Assembly: GCA_031546715.1 (NCBI GenBank)
Contig: JAVBKA010000036.1
Location: 1 to 26,255, forward strand
Direction: 5' to 3'
Length of the DNA stretch: 26,255 nucleotides
Source of the DNA: Oscillospiraceae bacterium
Lineage (GTDB): Bacteria; Bacillota; Clostridia; Oscillospirales; UBA929
A program made the translations under genes and the position numbers. Of this stretch, positions 1-7,889 are shown piece after piece; position 1 is the stretch's first letter, and every line of letters starts with the position of its first letter. The notes below the pieces were generated by a model. That model did no database searches. It worked only from the letters and a program-made list of their open reading frames with translations, and had not been told where the DNA came from.

Positions 1-3000
1 GAGCTGATATTCAAGTCGTCCAAGGAGGACAGCTCCAGCAGTTCAGGCAAAAGCTCAGAATGCTCGCCTGTGGGCAGTGCAACAATGGTCTGCATGGAAT
101 TTGGCAGCCATTTTGATAAAATTTGGTTAAACTCAGCAGGGTCAATGGGTTTGGAAAGAAAGTCGTTCATACCTGCGGATATGAACATTTCCTTTGCCCC
201 GCTGATGGCGTTGGCGGTTAGTGCTACGATTGGCAGCTTTTCGTACTTTCCGCCTAGGTTTCGAATTATCGCAGTGGCTTCAATTCCGTTCATGCCGGGC
301 ATCATGTGGTCCATTAAAACTAGGTCATAGTTAGTTTTCTTAATCATTTCAATGGCGTCCTGCCCGCTTGTGGCAGAGTCGCAGAGTATCTCAGCGTACT
401 CGAGCAGTCCTTCGCAAACGCCGATATTTATCTCATTATCGTCAACAACCAAAACCTGCGCCCCCTTTGCAGTGACATGCTCAACAGCCTCGGACTTCGC
501 GCTGATATTCGAATTATCGCCCAGGGTATAGGGCAGCTTAACGCTGAAAACAGTGCCCTTTCCATAGGTGCTTTGAACCGATATGTTGCCATTCATCATT
601 TCCACAAGGTTTTTAGTTATGCTCAGACCAAGCCCTGTACCTTTTATATGATAATTTTCAGTGCTAGACAGTTGCTCAAAGGGATTAAACAACTGATTAA
701 GATTTTCAGGACGTATGCCCGCTCCGCTGTCCTCCACCTCGAAATAAAGGAAGCCGATGTCTGCTTGTACAGTCAGCTTAACAAAGCCCTGCTTAGTAAA
801 TTTTATGGCGTTGGATAGCAAATTCAGCAAAATCTGCCGAATTCGCAGACTATCGCCGTAAATACAGTCGGGAATGTTCTGCTGAATGTCCTTTTTAACC
901 TCAACGCCTGTGCCTGAGGCGAGGAAGCTTGTTACAGTCCAAATGTCGTTTATAAATTTGTCAAATTCAAAGTCTCTGCGCAGAATTTCCATTTTTCCCG
1001 CTTCGATTTTTGATAAGTCCAAAATGTCGTTAATAATTCCCAACAAATGAGAAGCCGAGGTCATAATATCTGAGGCGAAGCGGTGCTGTCTGCTGTTAAG
1101 CCGTTCTTTTAACAGAAGCTCAGTCATGCCGATTATTCCGTTCATTGGGGTTCTGATTTCATGGCTCATGTTGAACAAAAAGGCTGTTTTAATATTGTTC
1201 AGCTCATGCTCTCGCTCGGCACGGTGAATTAGAATTTCCTCCTGCCGTTTTTCCTCAAGCTTGTCTTTCATAACAAGCAAAATAGCGTCCTCTTCTTTAT
1301 ATTTTATCGGGCAGGCGGTGACACTGGCGGGGAGCAGTGTATCGTCAGGCAACCTGTACGTCCAGTCCCACGTGATGGTTTCTCTATTTTGAGATATTCT
1401 GCGAAAGCGGTCTGTGTTATACTCTAATTCCTCATCCGTATACTCTGGGGAATGCACCTTCTTTGAATATTTCGCCTGCGCATCTTGAGCAGATTCATAA
1501 CCGAAGAGAGTTAGAAAAGCACTGTTTGCGTAAAGAGTTTTGTTGCGTTCATATGTAAAGACGATAAGAGGCAGCGGAACATACTCAAAAAAGGTTTGAA
1601 TATCCTCCTGCGAGCGTTCAAAGGAAGCCTTTTGCTCAAGCTCCTTTTCGATGTTTATTCCGCAAAAAACATATGTCTTTTCAGGCTCACTTTCAATTAA
1701 GGCGGCATATAGAAGATAGCGGTTGATTTCATTGTTCTTATTCCGCATTCTTACTACGTGGTTTCGGCAATATCCGTCCTTTTCTAAGTCAACATAAACA
1801 TCACGGCGGTCGTCAAGGTTTACGTACATGGATGCGGGGCAATCGCCTGAGACAAGTCCGAAGTTTTCTTGGACGTATTTATTTACAAGAATCAGCTTGT
1901 TGTTGGAAACAGTTGTGTAAATAAATGGCGCGATGTCAACAATTTGCTCAGACCGCTTTCTTGCTTCGCTGATTTCCTTTTCCTTTGCAAGCATTTCGGT
2001 AGTGGTGTGCAGATTTTTTTGCAAGTTGAGGAGGTTGGCATTCTTTCTTCGAGTTATATTAGAGAAAAGAACCAGAACGGAGATGATAACTAACAGAAAA
2101 AATATCAAAACACCCACAGCTAAAGCAACAACAGGGTTTTCCTTTATAAAGTTACGTGGCTGATTAATCAGCCTTGAGCCCTTTGGCAAATCACCCTTCT
2201 GAATATTCCAGCGCACCATCTCATTATAGTCAAAAACCCAACTGCTTGTAAGCTCCGGCGAGGTTATCACAGGCAGTTCCTTTGGAGTTTTACCGTCAAT
2301 AAGCTGATGTGCAAGTTCGGCGGCAATGCTGGCTTGCGCCTTGGGGTCAACAACGTAGCCCCCAAGCGCGCCGTAGCCCACGGTGGACAGGGTCGTCGTC
2401 AGAAAAGGAACAGGGGAAACGATGGACAGTCTGCGGGTGCTTTCCGCATCTGTATAATATTTGCCGTCGCCGTCTTGGAAGTACGGGGTCTTAATAACAA
2501 GGGTGTCGGGCTTTAGCTTTGATACCTTCACCACCAAGTCGTCAAAGCTTATGTTGTTATTATCAATAATTGTAAAGTCACTGTGGTTACTGGTTATATC
2601 GGCGTATAATTCGTTATAGGTCACCAAGCTGGTTTCCGTAAAATCATGGATAAAGAATACGTCTTTTGACCCCGGGTACAAGGAGCGCAAAAAATCTATA
2701 TTCGCTTGGTATGTAATTTCTTCAGTAACTCCTGTAAAATGTTCTTCAAAACCCGCCAATATTTCTGGATTGTAACCGTTGACGCCCATAAAAACCACTG
2801 GGACACCGTTAAAAAGCTTGTAATATACTCTTTTTACAAATTCAAACGCCACATTGTCAGACACTATAATGACATCCAGCGAAATGTTCGCAAAATCCCT
2901 TCGGAGCAATGCCTCGAACACCTGCAAGCGTTTCTCATCATTGGGATACTGCTTGGCGTTGATGCTTATGGTGTATAACTCGTCAGTCTTTTCGTTGCCT

Positions 3001-3803
3001 ATAACAGTTGACAAGCCCTCGCTTATGGATTTCTCCCAGTCGATTTCCGGACTGTAGGAGGAGATATGTAGAAAGTTCCGATGGTCACTGTATTCAATTG
3101 ATTTCCAGTTAATGATGTTATCTAACTCGCCGCTTAAGCGCATTTCTCTCAAAGTTGCGCTGATTTTAGGCAAAAGGTCAACGTATTTTGAGTTAAGATA
3201 TAAATATGTTGGAAAGCTCCCAATTATCCCCGCTTCCTCGACCTCTGGGTAATAGCTAGTACTATTCTCCACGCCCACGTTGACTGCAATATCATACTCA
3301 CCGCTTGACAGACCGTGGTACAGCTCCGTAACCGAGCCTTTGAAGGTAAGACTTTTCACATCCTTGGGAATTTTTTCATGTACAAGATTGACTTCATAGA
3401 GCATGGCAACTCTGTAACCTGAAAGGTCGCTAAGGCTCGTGACTTTTATGTCACTGCCTTCTTTTATGTACGCTCTTATGTAAAGATCCAAAAGATATTC
3501 AGGCACTTTAACTATGTTTGCAAACTTTTTTTCGTAACCGTCAGCTCGAAAAGCAATACCGTCAAGCCTGCCACTGTCCACATTTTCAACGGTGAAGCCC
3601 TGCCAGTTTGTTTCGATGTTGGATTTATATCCAATATCTGAAAAAAGCGATTGTATCAGCCTGTCAACTGTGACAGGCTGATTATTCGGAACGCAAATAT
3701 TTATGGATTTTGTCAGCGCTTCCGCATTGACGGAAAAAGGCATAACCCCGCAAAGTAGAATAATTGATAATATAATACACGGAAGCGTTTTACTTTTTCT
3801 CAA
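1..3803 (-). CDS. Hybrid sensor histidine kinase/response regulator. From the N terminus: signal peptide, tandem extracytoplasmic solute-binding-like domains (ABC_sub_bind/PBP-like), a TM segment, PAS-like region, HisKA, HATPase_c and a C-terminal REC domain. The 3' end runs off the window. It is absent from the ORF track because it is edge-truncated.
   Basis: The reverse-complement translation is continuous from about 3803 to position 1. It contains the H-box HEIRTPMNGIIGMTELLL, the G2-box GTGLGLSI, and a receiver VLVVDDNEINIGV...LVLMDHMMPGMNG...SKP. The N-terminus MRKSKTLPCIILSIILLCGVMPFSVNA resembles a signal peptide, and the hydrophobic stretch VVALAVGVLIFFLLVIISVLVLF is a TM helix. The start is a TTG at 3803 preceded by GGGTGA; an alternative ATG lies at 3743. 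Confidence 0.8.
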   Translation of the reverse strand, partial: MRKSKTLPCIILSIILLCGVMPFSVNAEALTKSINICVPNNQPVTVDRLIQSLFSDIGYKSNIETNWQGFTVENVDSGRLDGIAFRADGYEKKFANIVKVPEYLLDLYIRAYIKEGSDIKVTSLSDLSGYRVAMLYEVNLVHEKIPKDVKSLTFKGSVTELYHGLSSGEYDIAVNVGVENSTSYYPEVEEAGIIGSFPTYLYLNSKYVDLLPKISATLREMRLSGELDNIINWKSIEYSDHRNFLHISSYSPEIDWEKSISEGLSTVIGNEKTDELYTISINAKQYPNDEKRLQVFEALLRRDFANISLDVIIVSDNVAFEFVKRVYYKLFNGVPVVFMGVNGYNPEILAGFEEHFTGVTEEITYQANIDFLRSLYPGSKDVFFIHDFTETSLVTYNELYADITSNHSDFTIIDNNNISFDDLVVKVSKLKPDTLVIKTPYFQDGDGKYYTDAESTRRLSIVSPVPFLTTTLSTVGYGALGGYVVDPKAQASIAAELAHQLIDGKTPKELPVITSPELTSSWVFDYNEMVRWNIQKGDLPKGSRLINQPRNFIKENPVVALAVGVLIFFLLVIISVLVLFSNITRRKNANLLNLQKNLHTTTEMLAKEKEISEARKRSEQIVDIAPFIYTTVSNNKLILVNKYVQENFGLVSGDCPASMYVNLDDRRDVYVDLEKDGYCRNHVVRMRNKNNEINRYLLYAALIESEPEKTYVFCGINIEKELEQKASFERSQEDIQTFFEYVPLPLIVFTYERNKTLYANSAFLTLFGYESAQDAQAKYSKKVHSPEYTDEELEYNTDRFRRISQNRETITWDWTYRLPDDTLLPASVTACPIKYKEEDAILLVMKDKLEEKRQEEILIHRAEREHELNNIKTAFLFNMSHEIRTPMNGIIGMTELLLKERLNSRQHRFASDIMTSASHLLGIINDILDLSKIEAGKMEILRRDFEFDKFINDIWTVTSFLASGTGVEVKKDIQQNIPDCIYGDSLRIRQILLNLLSNAIKFTKQGFVKLTVQADIGFLYFEVEDSGAGIRPENLNQLFNPFEQLSSTENYHIKGTGLGLSITKNLVEMMNGNISVQSTYGKGTVFSVKLPYTLGDNSNISAKSEAVEHVTAKGAQVLVVDDNEINIGVCEGLLEYAEILCDSATSGQDAIEMIKKTNYDLVLMDHMMPGMNGIEATAIIRNLGGKYEKLPIVALTANAISGAKEMFISAGMNDFLSKPIDPAEFNQILSKWLPNSMQTIVALPTGEHSELLPELLELSSLDDLNIS

Positions 3804-3885
3804 TGAAAATCACCCGCTTTCGGAAGATTTAGAGTTTGCGGTTGAAAGTGCTCAAGGAAAACAGTACTACATTAAAAGACTAATG

Positions 3886-5241
3886 TCAATCGTCTATCCG
3901 CAGTCCTTTGTGAAGAAGTCTGGTCATCGGAAAATCATCCTTGGCACTGTCGCCTGTAATTTCCCACACTATGATTCCGCCCAGACCGTGAGTGTTGACA
4001 AAATCAATTTTGTCCTGTAAGGAACGCTCGTTATCGTAGGTCAACATAACGCGCTCGACTGTGCTGTAGAGCCATGCGGAGGCACTTGGAGCGTCATATC
4101 CGGCAATCCAATTCGGGTTGGCTTCAAGCTCCTTGCAGTAGTACCAAGGGAATGCGCCGCTTGCGCCTGTGCTGTGGGGCTTACCAGCCAGCTCGGGATG
4201 CTGCTGGACTTTGTATAGATACAGCTCCTCGCGCTTTGTTTTAAATTCGCCAAACACCCCTGGCTCACCATCCCATATACCTCTGACATTTGTGGGACGA
4301 GGGTCGGATTCCGCGCCTGATGGCTGGTAAAGCGGACTACCCTCAGAACTGAGAGCCACATCGCCCCATCCGCGTGAATAAAAGGGCGTTCCGATATTGA
4401 CCTGCTCCGGACGAAAATATTTAACTAATGTGTCATACGAGCCTTCAACCGAGGCATGGCTTCTGCCTTTTGGAGTTTTTAGCGGTGACTGAGGTCCTGT
4501 AAACTTCATCCATGCGCCGTGAATGTCATAGGTCATAACATTAACAAAGGTCACATATTTTGCGACCTCTTCCAGCTCCTGAGTTTTTTCAAGGCTCTTT
4601 GAGTCTGCGTATTCGCAGATGGAGAGTTGTTTGCCCTCAAGACCGTTTGCGTCAAAGGCTTCTCTTATTTCCCGAAGGAGGGCGGAGAAGTTTTTAGCGT
4701 CATTAACCTTGTCGCCAGGGCAGCCTAAATCATCGGGGTCGTCGTCGTTAGGTAGCCTGTTTATACTGGGGTACTCCCAGTCTAGGTCCAAGCCCCCTAC
4801 CCAAGTGTATTTTTTGAAAAAGGCAAGGACGCCGTCTATAAATATTCTACGCGTTTCAACAGAGCTTGCCATTTGCGAGAAATTTTCCCCTCTCGCCCAA
4901 CCGCCGACAGACAACATAATCGTCACGTCAGGGTACTGCAATGCAAGTGCCTTGTATGCGGCGAACTGTCCGAGATAGTCAACCTCTCCCGAATCCAAAA
5001 CCCCATCGGCGGTTTTTACCACCGTGCCGTCCTTCATGGCGGCATAGCCTTGGTCTAGCTCAAGATCAACATAGGGGTCAACGGGGGCAAGGGTGGAGCT
5101 TGGGGTTACTGTCCAAAAGGAGTGGTGGATATGGGTAAATTTATCCCACGGCAAACGGTCTAAGCTCCAATCAGAGGTGGAGTATACACGCCAGTTAGGG
5201 TAAAAAACCACAATTTTTTTTGAGGTCTTATTTAAAGTCAA
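3886..5241 (-). CDS. Glycoside hydrolase family 18 (chitinase/endo-beta-N-acetylglucosaminidase-like). No signal peptide, so probably cytoplasmic.
   Basis: The 451-aa ORF has the GH18 catalytic motif GGLDLDWEYP (DxxDxDxE). The N-terminus KKIVVFYPNWRVY looks like the first barrel strand. The start is a TTG at 5241 with a GAAGG SD (rc of 5249-5253) at a 7-nt spacing. Confidence 0.8.
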   Translation of the reverse strand: MTLNKTSKKIVVFYPNWRVYSTSDWSLDRLPWDKFTHIHHSFWTVTPSSTLAPVDPYVDLELDQGYAAMKDGTVVKTADGVLDSGEVDYLGQFAAYKALALQYPDVTIMLSVGGWARGENFSQMASSVETRRIFIDGVLAFFKKYTWVGGLDLDWEYPSINRLPNDDDPDDLGCPGDKVNDAKNFSALLREIREAFDANGLEGKQLSICEYADSKSLEKTQELEEVAKYVTFVNVMTYDIHGAWMKFTGPQSPLKTPKGRSHASVEGSYDTLVKYFRPEQVNIGTPFYSRGWGDVALSSEGSPLYQPSGAESDPRPTNVRGIWDGEPGVFGEFKTKREELYLYKVQQHPELAGKPHSTGASGAFPWYYCKELEANPNWIAGYDAPSASAWLYSTVERVMLTYDNERSLQDKIDFVNTHGLGGIIVWEITGDSAKDDFPMTRLLHKGLRIDD

Positions 5242-5276
5242 GCTAATACCTTCTTTCTGAAAAAAATTCTCACTCT

Positions 5277-5305
5277 ATTTTATCATTGACAAATGATTTT
5301 TACAA
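5277..5305 (-). promoter_or_regulatory. Candidate sigma-A promoter for the GH18 gene: -35 TTGTAA (rc of 5300-5305), 17-nt spacer, -10 TAAAAT (rc of 5277-5282).
   Basis: Read directly from the minus strand. It lies about 35 nt upstream of the TTG start and SD. Confidence 0.4.
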
Positions 5306-5313
5306 TGGATAAT
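5286..5313 (+). promoter_or_regulatory. Strong sigma-A-like promoter: TTGACA (5286-5291), 16-nt spacer, GATAAT (5308-5313). It overlaps the GH18 promoter divergently. No ORF of 60 aa or longer lies downstream before lexA.
   Basis: Consensus -35 and a 5/6 -10 seen in sequence. The predicted TSS is near 5321, about 370 nt upstream of lexA. Confidence 0.45.
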
Positions 5314-5343
5314 GTAATTATGTAAGTGCGGATAAACCTGGTA

Positions 5344-5401
5344 GTGAAAATATGCTTGCATATGAGTATGCTTGCATATGAGTGTGCTCGCATATTTTCA
5401 C
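5344..5401. repeat. Composite repeat. 12-bp inverted-repeat arms GTGAAAATATGC (5344-5355) and GCATATTTTCAC (5390-5401) flank two tandem 16-bp direct repeats TTGCATATGAGTRTGC (5356-5371, 5372-5387). The region carries multiple TATGC-N2-GCATA dyads.
   Basis: Seen directly in sequence. It sits 25-80 nt downstream of the predicted TSS of the 5286-5313 promoter. Confidence 0.7.
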
Positions 5402-5407
5402 GAAAAG

Positions 5408-5438
5408 GCAAAAAAAACCGACAGGCCGTAGCCTGTCG
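5408..5438 (-). terminator. Rho-independent terminator on the minus strand. Stem CGACAGGC/GCCTGTCG with loop TACG, followed on the minus strand by an 8-U run.
   Basis: Perfect 8-bp GC-rich hairpin at 5419-5438 with A8 at 5410-5417 on the plus strand (U8 on minus). No substantial minus-strand gene lies upstream of it. Confidence 0.55.
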
Positions 5439-5458
5439 TAAATAATAGGAGGGGGTTC

Positions 5459-5485
5459 ATGAAAATGAATCGCTTGCTCACTTAG
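5459..5485 (+). other. 8-codon micro-ORF (MKMNRLLT) with a near-perfect Shine-Dalgarno AGGAGGGGG (5447-5455) at a 6-nt spacing. Candidate leader peptide or small-RNA-embedded ORF.
   Basis: Seen in sequence: ATG AAA ATG AAT CGC TTG CTC ACT TAG. It lies immediately downstream of the hairpin at 5419-5438. Confidence 0.3.
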
Positions 5486-5553
5486 CATGTATTTATAATA
5501 ACCGACATTTGTTAATAATAAATCTTGCAAATATTAAATAAGTTTTAAATTAT

Positions 5554-5569
5554 CGGAACATAAGTTTGC
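5554..5569. promoter_or_regulatory. Candidate LexA operator (degenerate Cheo/SOS box) CGGAACATAAGTTTGC, overlapping the -35 of the lexA promoter.
   Basis: A GAAC-N6-GTTT core resembling the Firmicutes CGAACRNRYGTTYC box. Its position over the lexA -35 fits the usual autoregulation layout. Confidence 0.45.
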
Positions 5570-5593
5570 AATTTGAAAAATGTATGGTATAAT
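5566..5593 (+). promoter_or_regulatory. lexA sigma-A promoter: -35 TTGCAA (5566-5571), 16-nt spacer, extended -10 TGgTATAAT (5585-5593).
   Basis: Consensus elements read in sequence, about 95 nt upstream of the lexA ATG. Confidence 0.6.
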
Positions 5594-5688
5594 GGTTCTA
5601 GTCATGGGGGATTCGTCGTAAAACTCCATGTCAGGAAGCGTCGGTCTTTGACACGTTGTGTTATTATTTAAGGAGGAATTAATAGCAA

Positions 5689-6267
5689 ATGAGTAAGATT
5701 TCAGGGAAACAGCAGGCAATTTACGAACATATTTGCGCATTTATCGATGACAACGGGTATCCGCCCTCTGTTCGTGAAATTGGCAAGGCAGTTGGATTAA
5801 AATCAGCCAGCACTGTTCACACACATATTAAAAAATTAAAAGAGCTTGGATACATCCAGAAGAACGACCATATTTCAAGAGGACTGTCAACCTCCAGCGC
5901 AAGCAACGGTGTTCCGATTTTGGGGAAGGTCACGGCAGGTTCGCCGATTTTCGCCTTTGAAGAGGAGCGGGGTCAGCTTAATTACCGCACCCGCACACCG
6001 TCTGAGCATTTTGCCTTGGAGGTTCGTGGCGATTCCATGATAAACGCAGGTATCCTCAGCGGGGACTACGTGGTGGTTCACCGTCAGGAGAGTGCGGAAA
6101 ACGGCCAAATCGTAGTTGCTCTGTTAGAGGATGAGGCCACTGTTAAGAAGCTCCTTCTTAAAAAGGGCGAGATTTGGCTCATGCCTGAAAATGATGCTTA
6201 CGAGCCAATTGACGGCAGTGACTGCCGTATTTTAGGCAAGGTCGTCGCAGTGGTTCGGGAGATCTAA
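5689..6267 (+). CDS. lexA: LexA repressor (SOS transcriptional repressor/S24 autopeptidase).
   Basis: The 192-aa ORF has an N-terminal winged-HTH (ICAFIDDNGYPPSVREIGKAVGLKSASTVHTHIKKLKELGYIQ), an Ala-Gly cleavage-site region (GKVTAGSPIF), and the S24 peptidase Ser and Lys motifs (GDSMINAGI, VATVKKL). SD AAGGAGG lies at 5671-5677. Confidence 0.92.
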   Translation: MSKISGKQQAIYEHICAFIDDNGYPPSVREIGKAVGLKSASTVHTHIKKLKELGYIQKNDHISRGLSTSSASNGVPILGKVTAGSPIFAFEEERGQLNYRTRTPSEHFALEVRGDSMINAGILSGDYVVVHRQESAENGQIVVALLEDEATVKKLLLKKGEIWLMPENDAYEPIDGSDCRILGKVVAVVREI

Positions 6268-7784
6268 TGCTTTCACTTATACGCTCCCTAGGACTGTCCG
6301 GCGTGGGCGGTCTTGAAATAACCGTGGAATGTTTCCTCTCTAACGGCTTGCCCGGCTTTGACATTGTTGGTCTGCCGGATGCGGCCGTTAAAGAGTCCAC
6401 TGACAGGGTCAAAGCCGCATTGAAAAATTGCGGCTTTGTATACCCTGCCCGCCATATAACGGTAAATCTAGCCCCCGCAAACCTGCGCAAACAAGGCTCG
6501 ATGTATGACCTGCCTATTTTGCTGGGCTTACTTGCGGCTAACGGCGATATTGAGCCGTTGCCGCAAAGCTCGGCATTTATCGGCGAGCTTTCCCTTGGCG
6601 GTCAGGTTCGTGAGGTCAATGGCATATTGCCTATGGCACTTGCGGCGGTCAGCTTGGGGATTAAGGAGCTGTTTGTTCCTGAGGAAAATGTCCGTGAAGC
6701 GTCTGTTGTAAAGCAGATTAAGGTGTACGGCGTGCGAAGCGCGGGAGATATTATCGCCCACTTTTCCGGCAACAAAAAACTGTTACCCGCCCCTGTATAT
6801 GTCCCCGATAACCTTCGCCGCTCCACCGTGGATTTTTCGGAGGTTAAGGGTCAGGAAAGCGTAAAGCGCGCCTTGGAAATTGCCGCCGCAGGCGGTCATA
6901 ATATTTTGCTAATAGGTCCCCCCGGTGCGGGAAAATCCATGCTTATACGCAGACTTCCAACCATTCTGCCCGACATGACGCAGGAGGAATCCCTTGAGGC
7001 CACAGGCATTCACTCCATTGTAGGTCTGCTTCGCAAGGAAGAGCCGATTATCACACAGCGCCCCTTCCGCAGTCCGCATCACAGCGTTTCCTCAGCGGGA
7101 CTAGTGGGCGGCGGCGCAGTGCTTCGTCCCGGAGAAATCAGCCTTGCCCACAATGGCGTCCTTTTTTTGGACGAGCTGCCTGAGTTTAATCGAAACGTTT
7201 TGGAGGCACTTCGCCAGCCTGTGGAGGACGGCGTCATCACAATTTCAAGGGTCACAGGTTCAATGACCTTCCCTGCAAAATTTATGCTGGTATGCGCCAT
7301 GAACCCTTGCAAATGCGGCTGGTACGGTCATCCCTCTGGCAAGTGCCGTTGCTCCGCCGATTCGGTTTCTCAATATTTTGGGCGTGTGTCAGGTCCATTG
7401 CTTGACAGAATTGACTTGCAAATTGAAGTTCCAGCGGTTACATATGAGGAGCTTTCCAAAAAGCCCGACGCCGAACCCTCCGCCGATGTCCGCAAAAGGG
7501 TGACGGCAGCACGGCAGAGCCAGTCAAAACGTTTTTCTGCGACTGAAAATTCCGGCTCGTTTTGTAACGCACATTTAACCGTCCCTCAGCTTGAGCAGTA
7601 CTGCACTCTTGACGAGGCTGGCAAAAAGCTGATGGAGGGTGCATTTGCCAGATTAGGCATGACCGCCCGCTCCTATAACCGCATTCTCAAGGTCGCCCGC
7701 ACAATTGCGGACTTAGCGTTAAGCGAAAATATTTTGCCAGCGCACCTTGCGGAAGCGTTGCAGTATAGACAGCTTCGGCGGTAA
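6267..7784 (+). CDS. YifB/ComM-family Mg-chelatase-like AAA+ ATPase.
   Basis: The 505-aa ORF has an N-terminal Lon-protease-like ChlI domain, Walker A GPPGAGKS, and a C-terminal Mg_chelatase_C region. Its start overlaps the lexA stop (TAATG). Confidence 0.88.
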   Translation: MLSLIRSLGLSGVGGLEITVECFLSNGLPGFDIVGLPDAAVKESTDRVKAALKNCGFVYPARHITVNLAPANLRKQGSMYDLPILLGLLAANGDIEPLPQSSAFIGELSLGGQVREVNGILPMALAAVSLGIKELFVPEENVREASVVKQIKVYGVRSAGDIIAHFSGNKKLLPAPVYVPDNLRRSTVDFSEVKGQESVKRALEIAAAGGHNILLIGPPGAGKSMLIRRLPTILPDMTQEESLEATGIHSIVGLLRKEEPIITQRPFRSPHHSVSSAGLVGGGAVLRPGEISLAHNGVLFLDELPEFNRNVLEALRQPVEDGVITISRVTGSMTFPAKFMLVCAMNPCKCGWYGHPSGKCRCSADSVSQYFGRVSGPLLDRIDLQIEVPAVTYEELSKKPDAEPSADVRKRVTAARQSQSKRFSATENSGSFCNAHLTVPQLEQYCTLDEAGKKLMEGAFARLGMTARSYNRILKVARTIADLALSENILPAHLAEALQYRQLRR

Positions 7785-7799
7785 GCAAGTAAAAGTATT

Positions 7800-7828
7800 T
7801 TGACTTTTTCTTAACAGTGTTGTAGAAT
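7800..7828 (+). promoter_or_regulatory. Candidate promoter for mnmG: TTGACT (7800-7805), 17-nt spacer, TAGAAT (7823-7828).
   Basis: Read in sequence in the 105-nt gap between yifB and mnmG. Confidence 0.4.
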
Positions 7829-7889
7829 AATCCTCAGGAATGCTTCACCGCGTTACAAAGGCGGCGAAGTAATAGTGGGGAAAACTTAA

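Noticed and set aside
70-3057. Several 60-113-aa plus-strand ORFs from the six-frame track (70-330, 477-818, 1869-2163, 2307-2516, 2706-3057).
   Set aside because: They all lie antisense to, or out of frame with, a continuous minus-strand ORF of more than 1260 aa with clear histidine-kinase and receiver motifs. They have no RBS, and their composition is that of coding-strand shadow ORFs.
4041-5138. Overlapping small ORFs within the GH18 gene (4041-4361 minus strand; 4619-4978, 4873-5058 and 4941-5138 plus strand).
   Set aside because: They are alternative-frame or antisense shadows of a 451-aa ORF that has a clear GH18 catalytic motif.
5356-5387. A possible CRISPR array or mobile-element terminal repeat at the tandem 16-bp repeats.
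   Set aside because: There are only two contiguous units with no spacers. No cas genes or transposase lie nearby. It fits an operator or RNA element better.
5723-5736. A second Cheo-like sequence CGAACATATTTGCG.
   Set aside because: It lies inside the lexA coding region, at codons 12-16, and is more likely a coincidental match. The box overlapping the -35 is better positioned.
5318-5740. Minus-strand ORFs 5318-5530 (70 aa) and 5534-5740 (68 aa) in the lexA upstream region.
   Set aside because: The first is interrupted by a strong intrinsic terminator hairpin and promoter elements. The second overlaps the lexA RBS and start. Neither has an SD, and both have low-complexity, unlikely protein sequences.
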